From the IMG/VR virus record IMGVR_UViG_3300027763_002499, positions 1 to 64,000 of that record: a DNA stretch of 64,000 bases. One strand, given 5' to 3'. Within the stretch, counting starts at the first letter, position 1; the number at the start of each line of letters is the position of its first letter. The notes beneath the pieces were generated by a model. That model saw nothing but the letters and a program-made list of their open reading frames with translations. It ran no database searches and had not been told where the DNA came from. This document shows positions 1 to 8,373 of the stretch, piece by piece. Position numbers and translations under genes: made by a program. The DNA is from a virus.

Positions 1-126
1 TAAAGTTCCAGCATCTGCCAGCCGTTGAATTTCATTTACAAGCTGATCAAGCTCTTCTTGTGTGCCATCAAAGTCATCAAATGCGCCGGGTGCAAATTGA
101 ATTTTTATTTTTTCTGGTTCTGTCAT
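1..126 (-). CDS. hypothetical protein, 5' part only (runs off window start)
   Basis: ATG at 126, open frame MTEPEKIKIQFAPGAFDDFDGTQEELDQLVNEIQRLA... to the window edge. Confidence 0.6.
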   Translation of the reverse strand, partial: MTEPEKIKIQFAPGAFDDFDGTQEELDQLVNEIQRLADAGTL

Positions 127-136
127 TTATTTCTTT

Positions 137-343
137 TTAAATTTCTGGGAAATTGAATTTTGTCCACGGCAATATTTGAGCCAAATATTCTTGATCCAAA
201 CAACTTGCCGCATCTGTGTATCCATTATTAATCAAAACCTGTACACAATCTTCAATAATTAATTGGGCAAATTTGTTACGATCCAGTAGACCTGTGGTCA
301 AATCAGTTGCCGCAAAAGAATTTATTAAAATTTTATTGTTCAT
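137..343 (-). CDS. hypothetical protein
   Basis: 68 aa ORF directly downstream of a TTGACA-17-TATAAT promoter; its 'DRNKFAQLIIEDC' motif resembles 771..974. Confidence 0.6.
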   Translation of the reverse strand: MNNKILINSFAATDLTTGLLDRNKFAQLIIEDCVQVLINNGYTDAASCLDQEYLAQILPWTKFNFPEI

Positions 344-351
344 GGTGATGT

Positions 352-380
352 ATTATAAAACATATTTAAAGCATTGTCAA
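352..380 (-). promoter_or_regulatory. sigma70-type early promoter
   Basis: TTGACA (380-375), 17 nt, TATAAT (357-352). Confidence 0.8.
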
Positions 381-781
381 GCATCTATTGCTTTTCGGAA
401 GATAATTTCTTGCCGGGCAAAGGCATCCTGTTCCCAAGGTTGATCCAAGTATTTTGTGCGTTTGGTATAACGCCGACCTGCCCAATAATGTGTTCCATTT
501 ACAGTCCGAAGAATGCCACGTGCCATTTGACGCACATGTACCATTTCGTGTGCAAGTGTAAGTCCAATATCTTTAATTGACATGCGTGGCTGTATTACAA
601 TAACATAACTGTCAATGATGTCCATTGGAACTGTCATGCCCATGCCTTCACAGTCGCTTTCCAGTCTAATTAACACTGCCTTACGACTGTTGGTCAATCC
701 CAATTGCTCAATCATTGATGGCAGTATGGCTTCTATAAATTTGCGCTTTCGGGCACTGGCGCCATCAACTTTAAATTCCAT
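377..781 (-). CDS. putative zincin-type metallopeptidase
   Basis: HExxH motif LAHEMVHVRQ, followed by YLDQPWEQDA. Confidence 0.65.
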   Translation of the reverse strand: MEFKVDGASARKRKFIEAILPSMIEQLGLTNSRKAVLIRLESDCEGMGMTVPMDIIDSYVIVIQPRMSIKDIGLTLAHEMVHVRQMARGILRTVNGTHYWAGRRYTKRTKYLDQPWEQDAFARQEIIFRKAIDA

Positions 782-974
782 TATTTTCTACTCCAAATGC
801 CTTGAGAATTTCTTCACCTAAGTTGTAGGTTTGATGGACATCGCCTTGATCAGCAAGCCCAGCACACTCACGTATAATCATGCGGGCAAACGCTTCTTTG
901 TCAAACCTTTGTTCCTGGCCGTTCTTGTCAAAATCTGTAGCATGCCAGGCCATTTCTTTGAGCTTTGGATTCAT
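771..974 (-). CDS. hypothetical phage protein
   Basis: 67 aa ORF, tightly packed with neighbours; FARMIIRECA motif. Confidence 0.6.
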   Translation of the reverse strand: MNPKLKEMAWHATDFDKNGQEQRFDKEAFARMIIRECAGLADQGDVHQTYNLGEEILKAFGVENNGI

Positions 975-975
975 T

Positions 976-1119
976 TTAAATTCCTGAGTGTAAAGGATTG
1001 CGTCTACGCAGATGTGCTAGTGCGGCTTCCTTGGTTTCAAAACGTCCACTGATAGGCGTTTGGTGTGCGCCACGCACAATGTACCAACCACCCAACAATC
1101 CGTTGTAAATGACTTTCAT
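976..1119 (-). CDS. small hypothetical protein (47 aa, not in ORF track)
   Basis: AAGGAA RBS; MKVIYNGLLGGWYIVRGAHQTPISGRFETKEAALAHLRRRNPLHSGI*; fills the gap between genes. Confidence 0.6.
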   Translation of the reverse strand: MKVIYNGLLGGWYIVRGAHQTPISGRFETKEAALAHLRRRNPLHSGI

Positions 1120-1128
1120 ATCAATTCC

Positions 1129-1212
1129 TTAAATTTTAGTAAGTATCCAAATCTTAACAGCAACGATCACAATGACCACTGCTACTGTTACAAGAATTTC
1201 TAAGCCTGGCAT
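1129..1212 (-). CDS. small membrane peptide (27 aa)
   Basis: MPGLEILVTVAVVIVIVAVKIWILTKI*; TGATG overlap with the upstream stop. Confidence 0.45.
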   Translation of the reverse strand: MPGLEILVTVAVVIVIVAVKIWILTKI

Positions 1213-1490
1213 CAATTGCTCCAAAATGCTTCGCTGTCAACACGGCAAGCCCAGGGAGTGTCAGCATCGATTTCCACTGGCACACCAGTCATCAAATTAC
1301 GAACTGTAATCTTAGGAGCACGATATGTATCTCGTGCAACAATATTGAGTTGGTCTTCACTCCAACCTGCTTTGTTACAGAGTCGTGTACGAGTTGCCTT
1401 GGCGGCACCAAATGTTTTGTATGCACGGGTTTTGTTAGGACCGTCTGTAACGATTAAACCAGTACCTTTGCTAACGATTACATAGCTCAT
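1212..1490 (-). CDS. hypothetical phage protein
   Basis: AGGAGA RBS before ATG 1490; in-frame upstream ATG at 1514 near the predicted TSS. Confidence 0.7.
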   Translation of the reverse strand: MSYVIVSKGTGLIVTDGPNKTRAYKTFGAAKATRTRLCNKAGWSEDQLNIVARDTYRAPKITVRNLMTGVPVEIDADTPWACRVDSEAFWSN

Positions 1491-1520
1491 TGTGCTCTCC
1501 TTTTTGCTTAACATGTATGT

Positions 1521-1585
1521 ATTATACAGTAATTTGGACCAGGTGTCTACCAAAATTTGGTTGTTTTTTGTTGTAATTTTACAAC
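1521..1585 (-). promoter_or_regulatory. early promoter with GTTG-N8-CAAC box
   Basis: TAGACA-17-TATAAT (1549-1521); palindrome GTTGTAATTTTACAAC at 1570-1585. Confidence 0.6.
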
Positions 1586-1905
1586 GAATTCAAAGCTGGT
1601 TGCATAACTGCAATCAGTTCACGCTCACGGGCATGGGCCGCGGTTTTACCACGTACCACTTCCAGCAAGTAAGGTGTAAAGCCTTCACGACCGTATGTAC
1701 GAAGTGCTTCACACAGATTCCAGTTCTTGCTTTCTGTATTAGCACGGCTCAAGTGACGGTTAAAACGTCCACGCACAGAGCTCAATGCTGAGCCATCAAC
1801 TACAGTGATACCAATGTAGCTGTCACCAGTAACTTCGCAAAATAATTCATATATTGCGTGGTTACGATCTGTACGGCGCTTGCGGGTTACTGTTTTGCTG
1901 TTCAT
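1579..1905 (-). CDS. GIY-YIG nuclease-like protein
   Basis: AIYELFCEVTGDSYIGIT (GIY-YIG), RFNRH, ERELI...PALN. Confidence 0.7.
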   Translation of the reverse strand: MNSKTVTRKRRTDRNHAIYELFCEVTGDSYIGITVVDGSALSSVRGRFNRHLSRANTESKNWNLCEALRTYGREGFTPYLLEVVRGKTAAHARERELIAVMQPALNSL

Positions 1906-1911
1906 GTATGT

Positions 1912-1940
1912 ATTATAGCCGCAAATTGGGCCTGCGTCAA
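1912..1940 (-). promoter_or_regulatory. sigma70-type promoter, probably leaderless
   Basis: TTGACG-17-TATAAT, ATG 6 nt downstream. Confidence 0.75.
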
Positions 1941-1996
1941 CCGTTTTCTGCTAAAAACCCTGATTTTTTCAGGGTTTTTTGACTCTTTTTAAGCAA

Positions 1997-2023
1997 TTTG
2001 TAAGGTTTGTAAGGTTTGTAAGG
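1997..2023. repeat. 3 x 9-bp tandem repeat TTTGTAAGG
   Basis: exact copies at 1997, 2006 and 2015 in a divergent intergenic region. Confidence 0.85.
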
Positions 2024-2129
2024 AAACTGTTGCATAAATGCAACAAATTTATCAATATTTTTGTTGCAAAAAGGTATAAATTATTGGGAAAATATTGACT
2101 AAATAAACTCATATTAAGGAGACAATTCA

Positions 2130-2420
2130 ATGAAAACCATTGAAACTACAATTTTTACACGCCCTGACAGTACACCAAAAGTCACATGGTTTAAACTATC
2201 AGAAGAACAACGTGCCGCTAGAAACCATATGAATGTGGCCATTGGTTACACTTTAACAAGTCCAACAACTCAGCTTGAAGTGATTTATTTTAACACAGAA
2301 GAAGCAATGGCTCAATGGAAAGCTAAACCAGAAGCTCAGGCAGTATTAGCCGCACGTGATGCTTATAATGCCGCAAATGGTATTATTGCATCAGCAACAA
2401 CTTCAGTTACTGTTGAATAA
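2130..2420 (+). CDS. small protein, paralog of 3256..3564 and 3580..3894
   Basis: AAGGAG RBS, TAAATA upstream; shared TRP...W...F...AQAV...YN.ANGI pattern. Confidence 0.75.
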   Translation: MKTIETTIFTRPDSTPKVTWFKLSEEQRAARNHMNVAIGYTLTSPTTQLEVIYFNTEEAMAQWKAKPEAQAVLAARDAYNAANGIIASATTSVTVE

Positions 2421-2436
2421 ACTTGATTGGTTTTAA

Positions 2437-3174
2437 ATGCAAAAAATTCATGTACTTGGTGTACCTCGCAGTGGATCAAATTATGTGTTTTCAATGATTG
2501 CCAATAGAATTGAACCCAAGACTGCATTATTGTACCCGGATAGATTTGCATTAAACCATCGCCTTTATCATGGGCATTCTGATGAAAAACGCTTAGAACT
2601 AATATCTCAGTCAGTTGACGATGTTGTAGCCAGCACTTCTGCTTTAACTAAATCTCACCCGGGCCATTTATTTTATTTGTCACATAATAATCTAATAGGC
2701 AAATTTAAATCTGCTGATTTTTATAATATTGTAACTGTCAGACGCGATTTAGTACAAAGTTCAATTAGTCATGCCCGCAGTTTTGCAACCAAAGAGTGGT
2801 TTAAATATGATTTAGCAAAAAAGCCACTTATAATTAGCCAAGAACAAATACATAGAAGCATTAATATTATTGTTATTTCAGTATTACAAATATTAATTAA
2901 TAAACTTGATATTAAATACAATGAAATTGTATACTACGAAGACTTAACAGGTAATATGGATTTGGATATTAAAAAATTAGCAGTCGCAAAGTATACCAAA
3001 TTTGGCGAAGCAAAAAAGAACGCATCTGACCCAGAGATTAGTCCTAATAAAAAAGAAACTATTTTAAACTATGACGAATTGGTAGAAACGTGTCTTGAAT
3101 ACTTTGAAAATTTTCGTGATGAACGGTTGACAGTTGTCAATGGCATTGCTGACATCAAGCTTGACATAAAATAA
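2437..3174 (+). CDS. sulfotransferase-family protein
   Basis: PAPS-binding loop GVPRSGSNY; K-S-H; RRDLVQSSIS; YYEDL. Confidence 0.75.
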   Translation: MQKIHVLGVPRSGSNYVFSMIANRIEPKTALLYPDRFALNHRLYHGHSDEKRLELISQSVDDVVASTSALTKSHPGHLFYLSHNNLIGKFKSADFYNIVTVRRDLVQSSISHARSFATKEWFKYDLAKKPLIISQEQIHRSINIIVISVLQILINKLDIKYNEIVYYEDLTGNMDLDIKKLAVAKYTKFGEAKKNASDPEISPNKKETILNYDELVETCLEYFENFRDERLTVVNGIADIKLDIK

Positions 3175-3255
3175 CTAAAGTAGACCGATTATTTTGTCAG
3201 TTTTGGTAAATAAAAACATAGCCTAACGCCAAACAGTTGGGTAAATTTTAAGGAT

Positions 3256-3564
3256 ATGAAAATGATTTTAACTTATAGAAAATTAACTCGTCCGGCTGCT
3301 GTAGCACCTGCTACACCTACTCCATGGACTAAGCTTACAAAAGAACAAAAAGCTGCCGCTAAAAAGATGGGCGGCGTTGCACACAGCTCTATCAAAGCTG
3401 GTGCAAATACAATGATTGAATTTGTTGCTTTTTCAAACGAAGCAACCAAGGCCAAGTGGGAAGCAGATGCGGCAGTTCAGGCTGTTTTAGCCACAGTTAA
3501 CACTCAAAACACGGCCAGTGGTATTAGTGCTACAGGTTGGTCAACATTAAATGTTGCCGCTTAA
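3256..3564 (+). CDS. small protein, paralog family
   Basis: AAGGA RBS; similar to 2130..2420 and 3580..3894. Confidence 0.75.
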   Translation: MKMILTYRKLTRPAAVAPATPTPWTKLTKEQKAAAKKMGGVAHSSIKAGANTMIEFVAFSNEATKAKWEADAAVQAVLATVNTQNTASGISATGWSTLNVAA

Positions 3565-3579
3565 TTAAAAGTAAATATT

Positions 3580-3894
3580 ATGGCAAGATTAAGAATTACA
3601 ACATACACAAGACCAGCGGTTACTGCGCCAGCAACTCCGGTTGATTGGTGGGACAAAACCAGTGGTGCAACACCAGCAGATAAGAAAACATTGGCCGGTC
3701 CAAGAGCATTGAATCGTGCCGCAACCACCAGTGGAAAAACAGACTACATTGTGTTTGAACTATTTAGAAATAATGCCGCAATGATGTCTTATGATGCAGA
3801 CGCCGCAGTTGTAGCAGTAAAGGCAAAAATTGCCACTTATAATACTGCTCATGCTATTACCAAAACTGAAGTTATTACAAACGTAGCTATGTAA
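3580..3894 (+). CDS. small protein, paralog family
   Basis: TAAATA immediately upstream; TRPAVTAPATP is similar to 3256..3564. Confidence 0.75.
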   Translation: MARLRITTYTRPAVTAPATPVDWWDKTSGATPADKKTLAGPRALNRAATTSGKTDYIVFELFRNNAAMMSYDADAAVVAVKAKIATYNTAHAITKTEVITNVAM

Positions 3895-3915
3895 ATAACA
3901 AATGTAAGGTTGAGT

Positions 3916-3938
3916 AAAATGGGCCAATGGCCCATTTT
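3916..3938. terminator. bidirectional intrinsic terminator
   Basis: AAAATGGGCC-AAT-GGCCCATTTT between convergent genes. Confidence 0.75.
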
Positions 3939-4240
3939 TATCGTCCTAAACCTTGTCGGTAAGCTTCATTTTCACGTCTGCGCTTTTCTTCTTCGTAACG
4001 TTGACGAGCACCACGTTCACATGCCATACGCTCACTTGGATGTGTATATGCCTGGCAGTTTGTGGCAACAATAACAACTTCTTCTCGTACTACAACCGGT
4101 CTATGATGAGGTTGAGCCATTGCTGAACCAACGGCCATGCCAACTATACCACCGGCAATGGCAGGACCTGCATGGCGACTGGCACATCCAGTGGTCACAA
4201 CAGACATGGCTAACATTAAGATTAAAACAAGTTTTTTCAT
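3938..4240 (-). CDS. glycine-zipper lipoprotein
   Basis: signal peptide and lipobox (TTGC); AIAGGIVGMAVG glycine zipper. Confidence 0.65.
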   Translation of the reverse strand: MKKLVLILMLAMSVVTTGCASRHAGPAIAGGIVGMAVGSAMAQPHHRPVVVREEVVIVATNCQAYTHPSERMACERGARQRYEEEKRRRENEAYRQGLGR

Positions 4241-4243
4241 ATT

Positions 4244-5077
4244 TTACCTTTTCTTTTGAAAATTCTCAACTATTCTATAGTTATAATTTAGGTCACCCTT
4301 ATCAACGTGCAATAGATAATCTTCGTACGTTAATTTTTTAGAAAATATATTCTTTTCAAATTTATTTATTGTGATGTCACTGGTATCACGCTTTTCAATT
4401 GCTTGATATATTAAATTGGCAAATATTTCGAGATTTTGATTGGAGAAATGATTGACCCTAGGATCAGACCCACAGCTTCTGACCCACTCAATATAAGAAG
4501 AACAATTTTTAATCTCTGATTCAGAGATGTCATTTAAAGGAAGTGTTACATGCAAGAAGTTTGATGGGGCTTGTTTTGGTAAAGGTATTGCTTTTTCCAA
4601 TGCCCAGCCACCCATCAAAACAACAATAGAGTCTGGAAACAATTCAGCACAATTGCGTATAGCATGCATGTAACATGAATGATTTATGTTGATTAAATCA
4701 AGGTCAACATTTGTAAGGTACCATTTCAAATGTTCTTTGTTTTCTTTTAACCATTTATGTCTGGGTAAATTTTCATCTATTAGGTCAATAAACATTGGAG
4801 CATACAATGATGCAGATTCTGGATATTGTTTTTGAAATTCAAAATGTACACGGCCAGGATTGGACAATGATAAAATAATGACATCACCATTTTTAATTTT
4901 ATTATCGCTGATGTCGTTGTAAAAATTTGACATACAAAACTCAGCACTGCTGGCTCGAACTGCCTTGTTAAAAACAGGTAGATTCATTTTCTTAGACAGC
5001 AAACGTAACCAGCCCAATTTGGCGTCGTGTTGATGTGGTGCAATGTAACTATCACCGTATGACAAAATTCTTTTCAT
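4244..5077 (-). CDS. SGNH/GDSL-like protein
   Basis: N-terminal YGDSY; late DPRVNHFS. Confidence 0.55.
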   Translation of the reverse strand: MKRILSYGDSYIAPHQHDAKLGWLRLLSKKMNLPVFNKAVRASSAEFCMSNFYNDISDNKIKNGDVIILSLSNPGRVHFEFQKQYPESASLYAPMFIDLIDENLPRHKWLKENKEHLKWYLTNVDLDLININHSCYMHAIRNCAELFPDSIVVLMGGWALEKAIPLPKQAPSNFLHVTLPLNDISESEIKNCSSYIEWVRSCGSDPRVNHFSNQNLEIFANLIYQAIEKRDTSDITINKFEKNIFSKKLTYEDYLLHVDKGDLNYNYRIVENFQKKR

Positions 5078-5140
5078 TTATTATATAGTTAGACTATAGT
5101 ATTAATGTAACACCTATTAGATTAACTGTCAATTGGTAAT

Positions 5141-5241
5141 TTGCTCACTTTGAGCAGAGTCTGGCGTAACCCTGGACCAGGCAGCAGCCGCCTGTTTGAC
5201 GCCATTAACCGTTGACGACAACGTGCCCTAAGGTGGGTTCT
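5141..5241 (-). ncRNA. candidate structured (pseudoknotted) ncRNA
   Basis: GC-rich intergenic stretch with stems CGUUG/CAACG, CAGGC/GCCUG, CAGGGU/ACUCUG, UGGCGU/ACGCCA (pseudoknot) and UGCUCA/UGAGCA. Confidence 0.55.
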
Positions 5242-5388
5242 TTAATGCTGACTGTATGGATTACGATACTTGTCGTAGCCATCCGAGTCGGGATATACGT
5301 AATAGATATCGGGACTATTCACTGGTTCTGCCAGTGGCTCAGCGTTTTGCTGTTGAAGGATTTGGTCCTCCAAATGTGTCTGTTCCAT
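5242..5388 (-). CDS. small protein (48 aa, not in ORF track)
   Basis: MEQTHLEDQILQQQNAEPLAEPVNSPDIYYVYPDSDGYDKYRNPYSQH*; GGAG upstream. Confidence 0.45.
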   Translation of the reverse strand: MEQTHLEDQILQQQNAEPLAEPVNSPDIYYVYPDSDGYDKYRNPYSQH

Positions 5389-5617
5389 ATGGATTTTCTC
5401 CTGTCATTTGTGGGCGGGCAAACCAAAGTTTGAACCAAGCGTCGGTGCCTGGTTCAATTTTGTGCTTTCTCATGTATTCAACTTTTTCAGCCGATGCATT
5501 TGTCAATGGGCTATCGCTACCAGCTACCTTTTTACCAGAGCCTAAGGTAATACCTGCCAGTTGACGTAGACGATCTATGTCAATTGCGCCGGGTTCTTCA
5601 ATGTCACGCATTTTCAT
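5339..5617 (-). CDS. hypothetical protein (LAGI motif)
   Basis: 92 aa; IDIDRLRQLAGI; KIEPGTDAWFKLWF. Confidence 0.65.
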   Translation of the reverse strand: MKMRDIEEPGAIDIDRLRQLAGITLGSGKKVAGSDSPLTNASAEKVEYMRKHKIEPGTDAWFKLWFARPQMTGENPYGTDTFGGPNPSTAKR

Positions 5618-5940
5618 TATTCTTTTGACTTCATATAATCACGTACAGTATCTAAGTAGTCAACTGCTTTGGTGATTTTTGCTTGCACCCATTCTGGCAA
5701 GTTTTCATCACTGTCTAATATACTACGTAATTCCATGGCGGCATCAGCGGCTGTGGCCAAATCTTGTTGGGCCATTTTGCCTTCTTGATCATACTCGCCT
5801 GGGTCATTTTCCCCTAGCGCAACAGGAGTACCTGCTACCGTAGTAGCATTCATAATACCAGCAAGCTTTTTAATGCGGCTAATGTCAATTGTTTGATCAA
5901 CATTGATGCTGGCCATTGATTCTTTAATTTGTTTTGTCAT
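5617..5940 (-). CDS. hypothetical protein (LAGI motif), possibly virion-internal
   Basis: IDISRIKKLAGI; LPEWVQAKITKAVDYL. Confidence 0.65.
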   Translation of the reverse strand: MTKQIKESMASINVDQTIDISRIKKLAGIMNATTVAGTPVALGENDPGEYDQEGKMAQQDLATAADAAMELRSILDSDENLPEWVQAKITKAVDYLDTVRDYMKSKE

Positions 5941-5982
5941 AATTTAGGTATTTGCTTGTATGTAGCAATATAAGTATTATTT

Positions 5983-6714
5983 ATGAGAAAACTACAAGTG
6001 CTTGGCATTCCTAGATCAGGAACAACGTATCTTTTTAAAGCAATATATCACCAAATTGCCCAGCCGTTTGATAATATCTTAAACGAAAGTTTCCACCCCA
6101 ACAACAAGCATTACAGGTCTTTTAACAGCGATGAAGTTTCTGGCGCCATTGACAGGGCCTTACAATCATGGTGCAATCCAGACCAATCTGCTGTGACAAA
6201 AACACATCCTGCACATTTGAATTATCTCAAAACAGCAAATCTCTTAGATAAATTTAAATCCATTGAGCCTTATACCATAGCAATAATTAGAAAATCAGTA
6301 GTTGATACAGCCATTAGCAATGCCAGGTCAACGCAAACTGGAGAATGGATTTCCTATAATATACAAGAACCAATATTGATAGATACTGGGCTGTTTGAAA
6401 AGTCTCTAAAGGCATCCAGCAGAAATCTAACGGATCTTGTGGAAAATAAATGGGCCTTGGTCTACGATGAAGTTGTGTACTATGAAGATTTAACAGGTGA
6501 ACCCGAGGTTGATGTTACAAAATTTAAAATTTATGATTCCGTGAACTTTGTCAAAAGATCCAATTTAAAATTGAATGTTAAAAGGTTCCCTGACAAACGT
6601 CTATCAATAACAAACTACAATGAATTAGTTGACATTGCTGTGGACTTTTATGCCAAATTAAATCATCCGCAGATTGAATTTGACGGTGAAGCAGTAAAGG
6701 TAAACCTGGCGTAA
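5983..6714 (+). CDS. sulfotransferase-family protein
   Basis: GIPRSGTTY PAPS-binding loop; NESF; KTH; YYEDL; paralog of 2437..3174. Confidence 0.75.
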   Translation: MRKLQVLGIPRSGTTYLFKAIYHQIAQPFDNILNESFHPNNKHYRSFNSDEVSGAIDRALQSWCNPDQSAVTKTHPAHLNYLKTANLLDKFKSIEPYTIAIIRKSVVDTAISNARSTQTGEWISYNIQEPILIDTGLFEKSLKASSRNLTDLVENKWALVYDEVVYYEDLTGEPEVDVTKFKIYDSVNFVKRSNLKLNVKRFPDKRLSITNYNELVDIAVDFYAKLNHPQIEFDGEAVKVNLA

Positions 6715-6724
6715 ACCAGGTTTA
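6701..6724. terminator. hairpin terminator between convergent genes
   Basis: TAAACCTGG-CGTAAA-CCAGGTTTA. Confidence 0.55.
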
Positions 6725-6815
6725 TTGTCATTTTCCAGTAGTTGGATACTTGGATAATTCTTTATCTTTGAACTGTTTTAATTCGTAAAAGTATAAGGCC
6801 AATTGTTGTAAAAAA

Positions 6816-6974
6816 TCATAAAACATAATTAGATCTCCTGTCGTACACTTGCATCCAGTGTTCTACTTCAGCGGCTGAGCTAGGTTGCTTACTTGCAATG
6901 AAACGTTCAATATCACTTTGACGTGGGTTCTTAGGAAATAAACGCTCAATTAAATTGAAAACTTTTAACAACAT
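6816..6974 (-). CDS. small protein (52 aa, not in ORF track), DUF3563-like
   Basis: MLLKVFNLIERLFPKNPRQSDIERFIASKQPSSAAEVEHWMQVYDRRSNYVL*. Confidence 0.5.
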   Translation of the reverse strand: MLLKVFNLIERLFPKNPRQSDIERFIASKQPSSAAEVEHWMQVYDRRSNYVL

Positions 6975-6983
6975 AGCTGACAA

Positions 6984-7199
6984 TTATTTGGTTAAACCAA
7001 ACATGCTAAACGCTGGCTTGGCAAAGGCACCAAATGCTTTTAGGTTTGCTTGGAACTGCTCAGTAGCAGATTCTGCTAAACTGGCGTTGGCCTTGGCTAG
7101 TGCCTGGGCATAATCAGTTGTGGCTGTTGCAACTTGTGCAACCAACTCTTTTGTCAACTGTTGATTTGATTCGATTGTTTTTGTAATTTCTGTAAACAT
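6984..7199 (-). CDS. phasin-like small helical protein
   Basis: Ala/Gln/Thr-rich amphipathic helix; strong AAAGGAGA RBS; TGC-rich palindrome upstream. Confidence 0.45.
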   Translation of the reverse strand: MFTEITKTIESNQQLTKELVAQVATATTDYAQALAKANASLAESATEQFQANLKAFGAFAKPAFSMFGLTK

Positions 7200-7300
7200 G
7201 CTTATTCTCCTTTAATGTTAAGCGAGTATTCTGATAGCCTCTTATGAGCACTACCACTAGTAGAAACACTATCAGTGTTTTCACTAGTATAACACTATAT

Positions 7301-7317
7301 ATGTTGCGGCGCAACAT
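7301..7317. promoter_or_regulatory. palindromic operator, PhaR-box-like
   Basis: ATGTTGCG-G-CGCAACAT, perfect 8-bp inverted repeat just upstream of a TATACT -10 (~7286-7291). Confidence 0.5.
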
Positions 7318-7351
7318 CATTCAAACCCGTTTTAACGAGTTTTACAGGAGT

Positions 7352-8365
7352 TTAGTGACCATTCACTAATTTTGCAAATTCACCACTGGCCAAGTTCTTG
7401 CCCTTGCTTTCACATTGAATATCAAACCACTGGCTAAAACCAGCGGCCCAGTCATTAACTGCTGAATTCCAGTAAAAGTCTGAGTGTGCTCTAAGCTTTT
7501 GCTTTTTGTAGCCTAGTGCCAGGAGATTGGCCATGGATGGGAGGACATCTCGGGCATGGCCAACGAGTACATCTTCGCGAGAAACACTGTAATGGCAAGC
7601 AGGACGCACACCACGCCAACTATCGATAACACGTTTAACACGGTCATCACCAGGCTGTATATATTCACCCGAGTTAATCCAATGATGGTGTATGTCAAGT
7701 ACAATTGGGCAGATATCAGCCAGTTGTAAACAGGTTTCAAGATTGTGTGAGTTTTCTTCATTTTCTATAGTTATGCAGTTACGGGCCTCAGGTGACAACC
7801 GATTATATACTCGGCGAATTCCGTCAGGCCCTTGTTGACCGGAAATGTGTACATTGATCTTAAAATCTTGAAAGGTTTGACCATAACCCATCCAGCGAGC
7901 CAGATCAGCATGATATTCAAATTCTAAAATACTGCGCTCTACAATGCCTTCATTGGCACTGGCTAACACACAAAACTGTCCAGGGTGAAAGCTCAGACGT
8001 ACACCCAGTCTACGTGCGGCCTCACCAACTGGAGCAAAGATTCTAGCACAATGGTCCTGTACATCTGCTTGTTTCCAAAAAGGAATCCAGTCTTCATGTG
8101 TGTAGCCTTGTAGCATTTCTGAACCCAGACGTACCATGCGTCTATGTTCTGGTAAGGTGGCCACACGTTCTACCAACAGCAAAGCCGCCCGAGCATTATG
8201 ATTCATAATGTCCCACTGACGCTGTTCAGCTTCCGACTTGTGTTCACGTAACCAGCGCATGGTAGTACTACGTCCGTTTAAGTCTCGATCCACTGCTGAG
8301 GGTTTTAGGCCAGCAACTTCGCTAGGATCATTGATCCACTTGCAACAAAAACCTACTCGACCCAT
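7352..8365 (-). CDS. uvsE: UV damage endonuclease UvsE/UVDE
   Basis: RLSFHPGQFCVL, INVHISG, TIENEE, VLDIHHHW, HYS, RAHSD, CESKGKNLA. Confidence 0.9.
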   Translation of the reverse strand: MGRVGFCCKWINDPSEVAGLKPSAVDRDLNGRSTTMRWLREHKSEAEQRQWDIMNHNARAALLLVERVATLPEHRRMVRLGSEMLQGYTHEDWIPFWKQADVQDHCARIFAPVGEAARRLGVRLSFHPGQFCVLASANEGIVERSILEFEYHADLARWMGYGQTFQDFKINVHISGQQGPDGIRRVYNRLSPEARNCITIENEENSHNLETCLQLADICPIVLDIHHHWINSGEYIQPGDDRVKRVIDSWRGVRPACHYSVSREDVLVGHARDVLPSMANLLALGYKKQKLRAHSDFYWNSAVNDWAAGFSQWFDIQCESKGKNLASGEFAKLVNGH

Positions 8366-8373
8366 AATGGCTC

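Noticed and set aside
5212-5564. Plus-strand ORFs 5212..5433 and 5256..5564
   Set aside because: They overlap better-supported minus-strand ORFs and the structured RNA candidate, and have no recognisable features.
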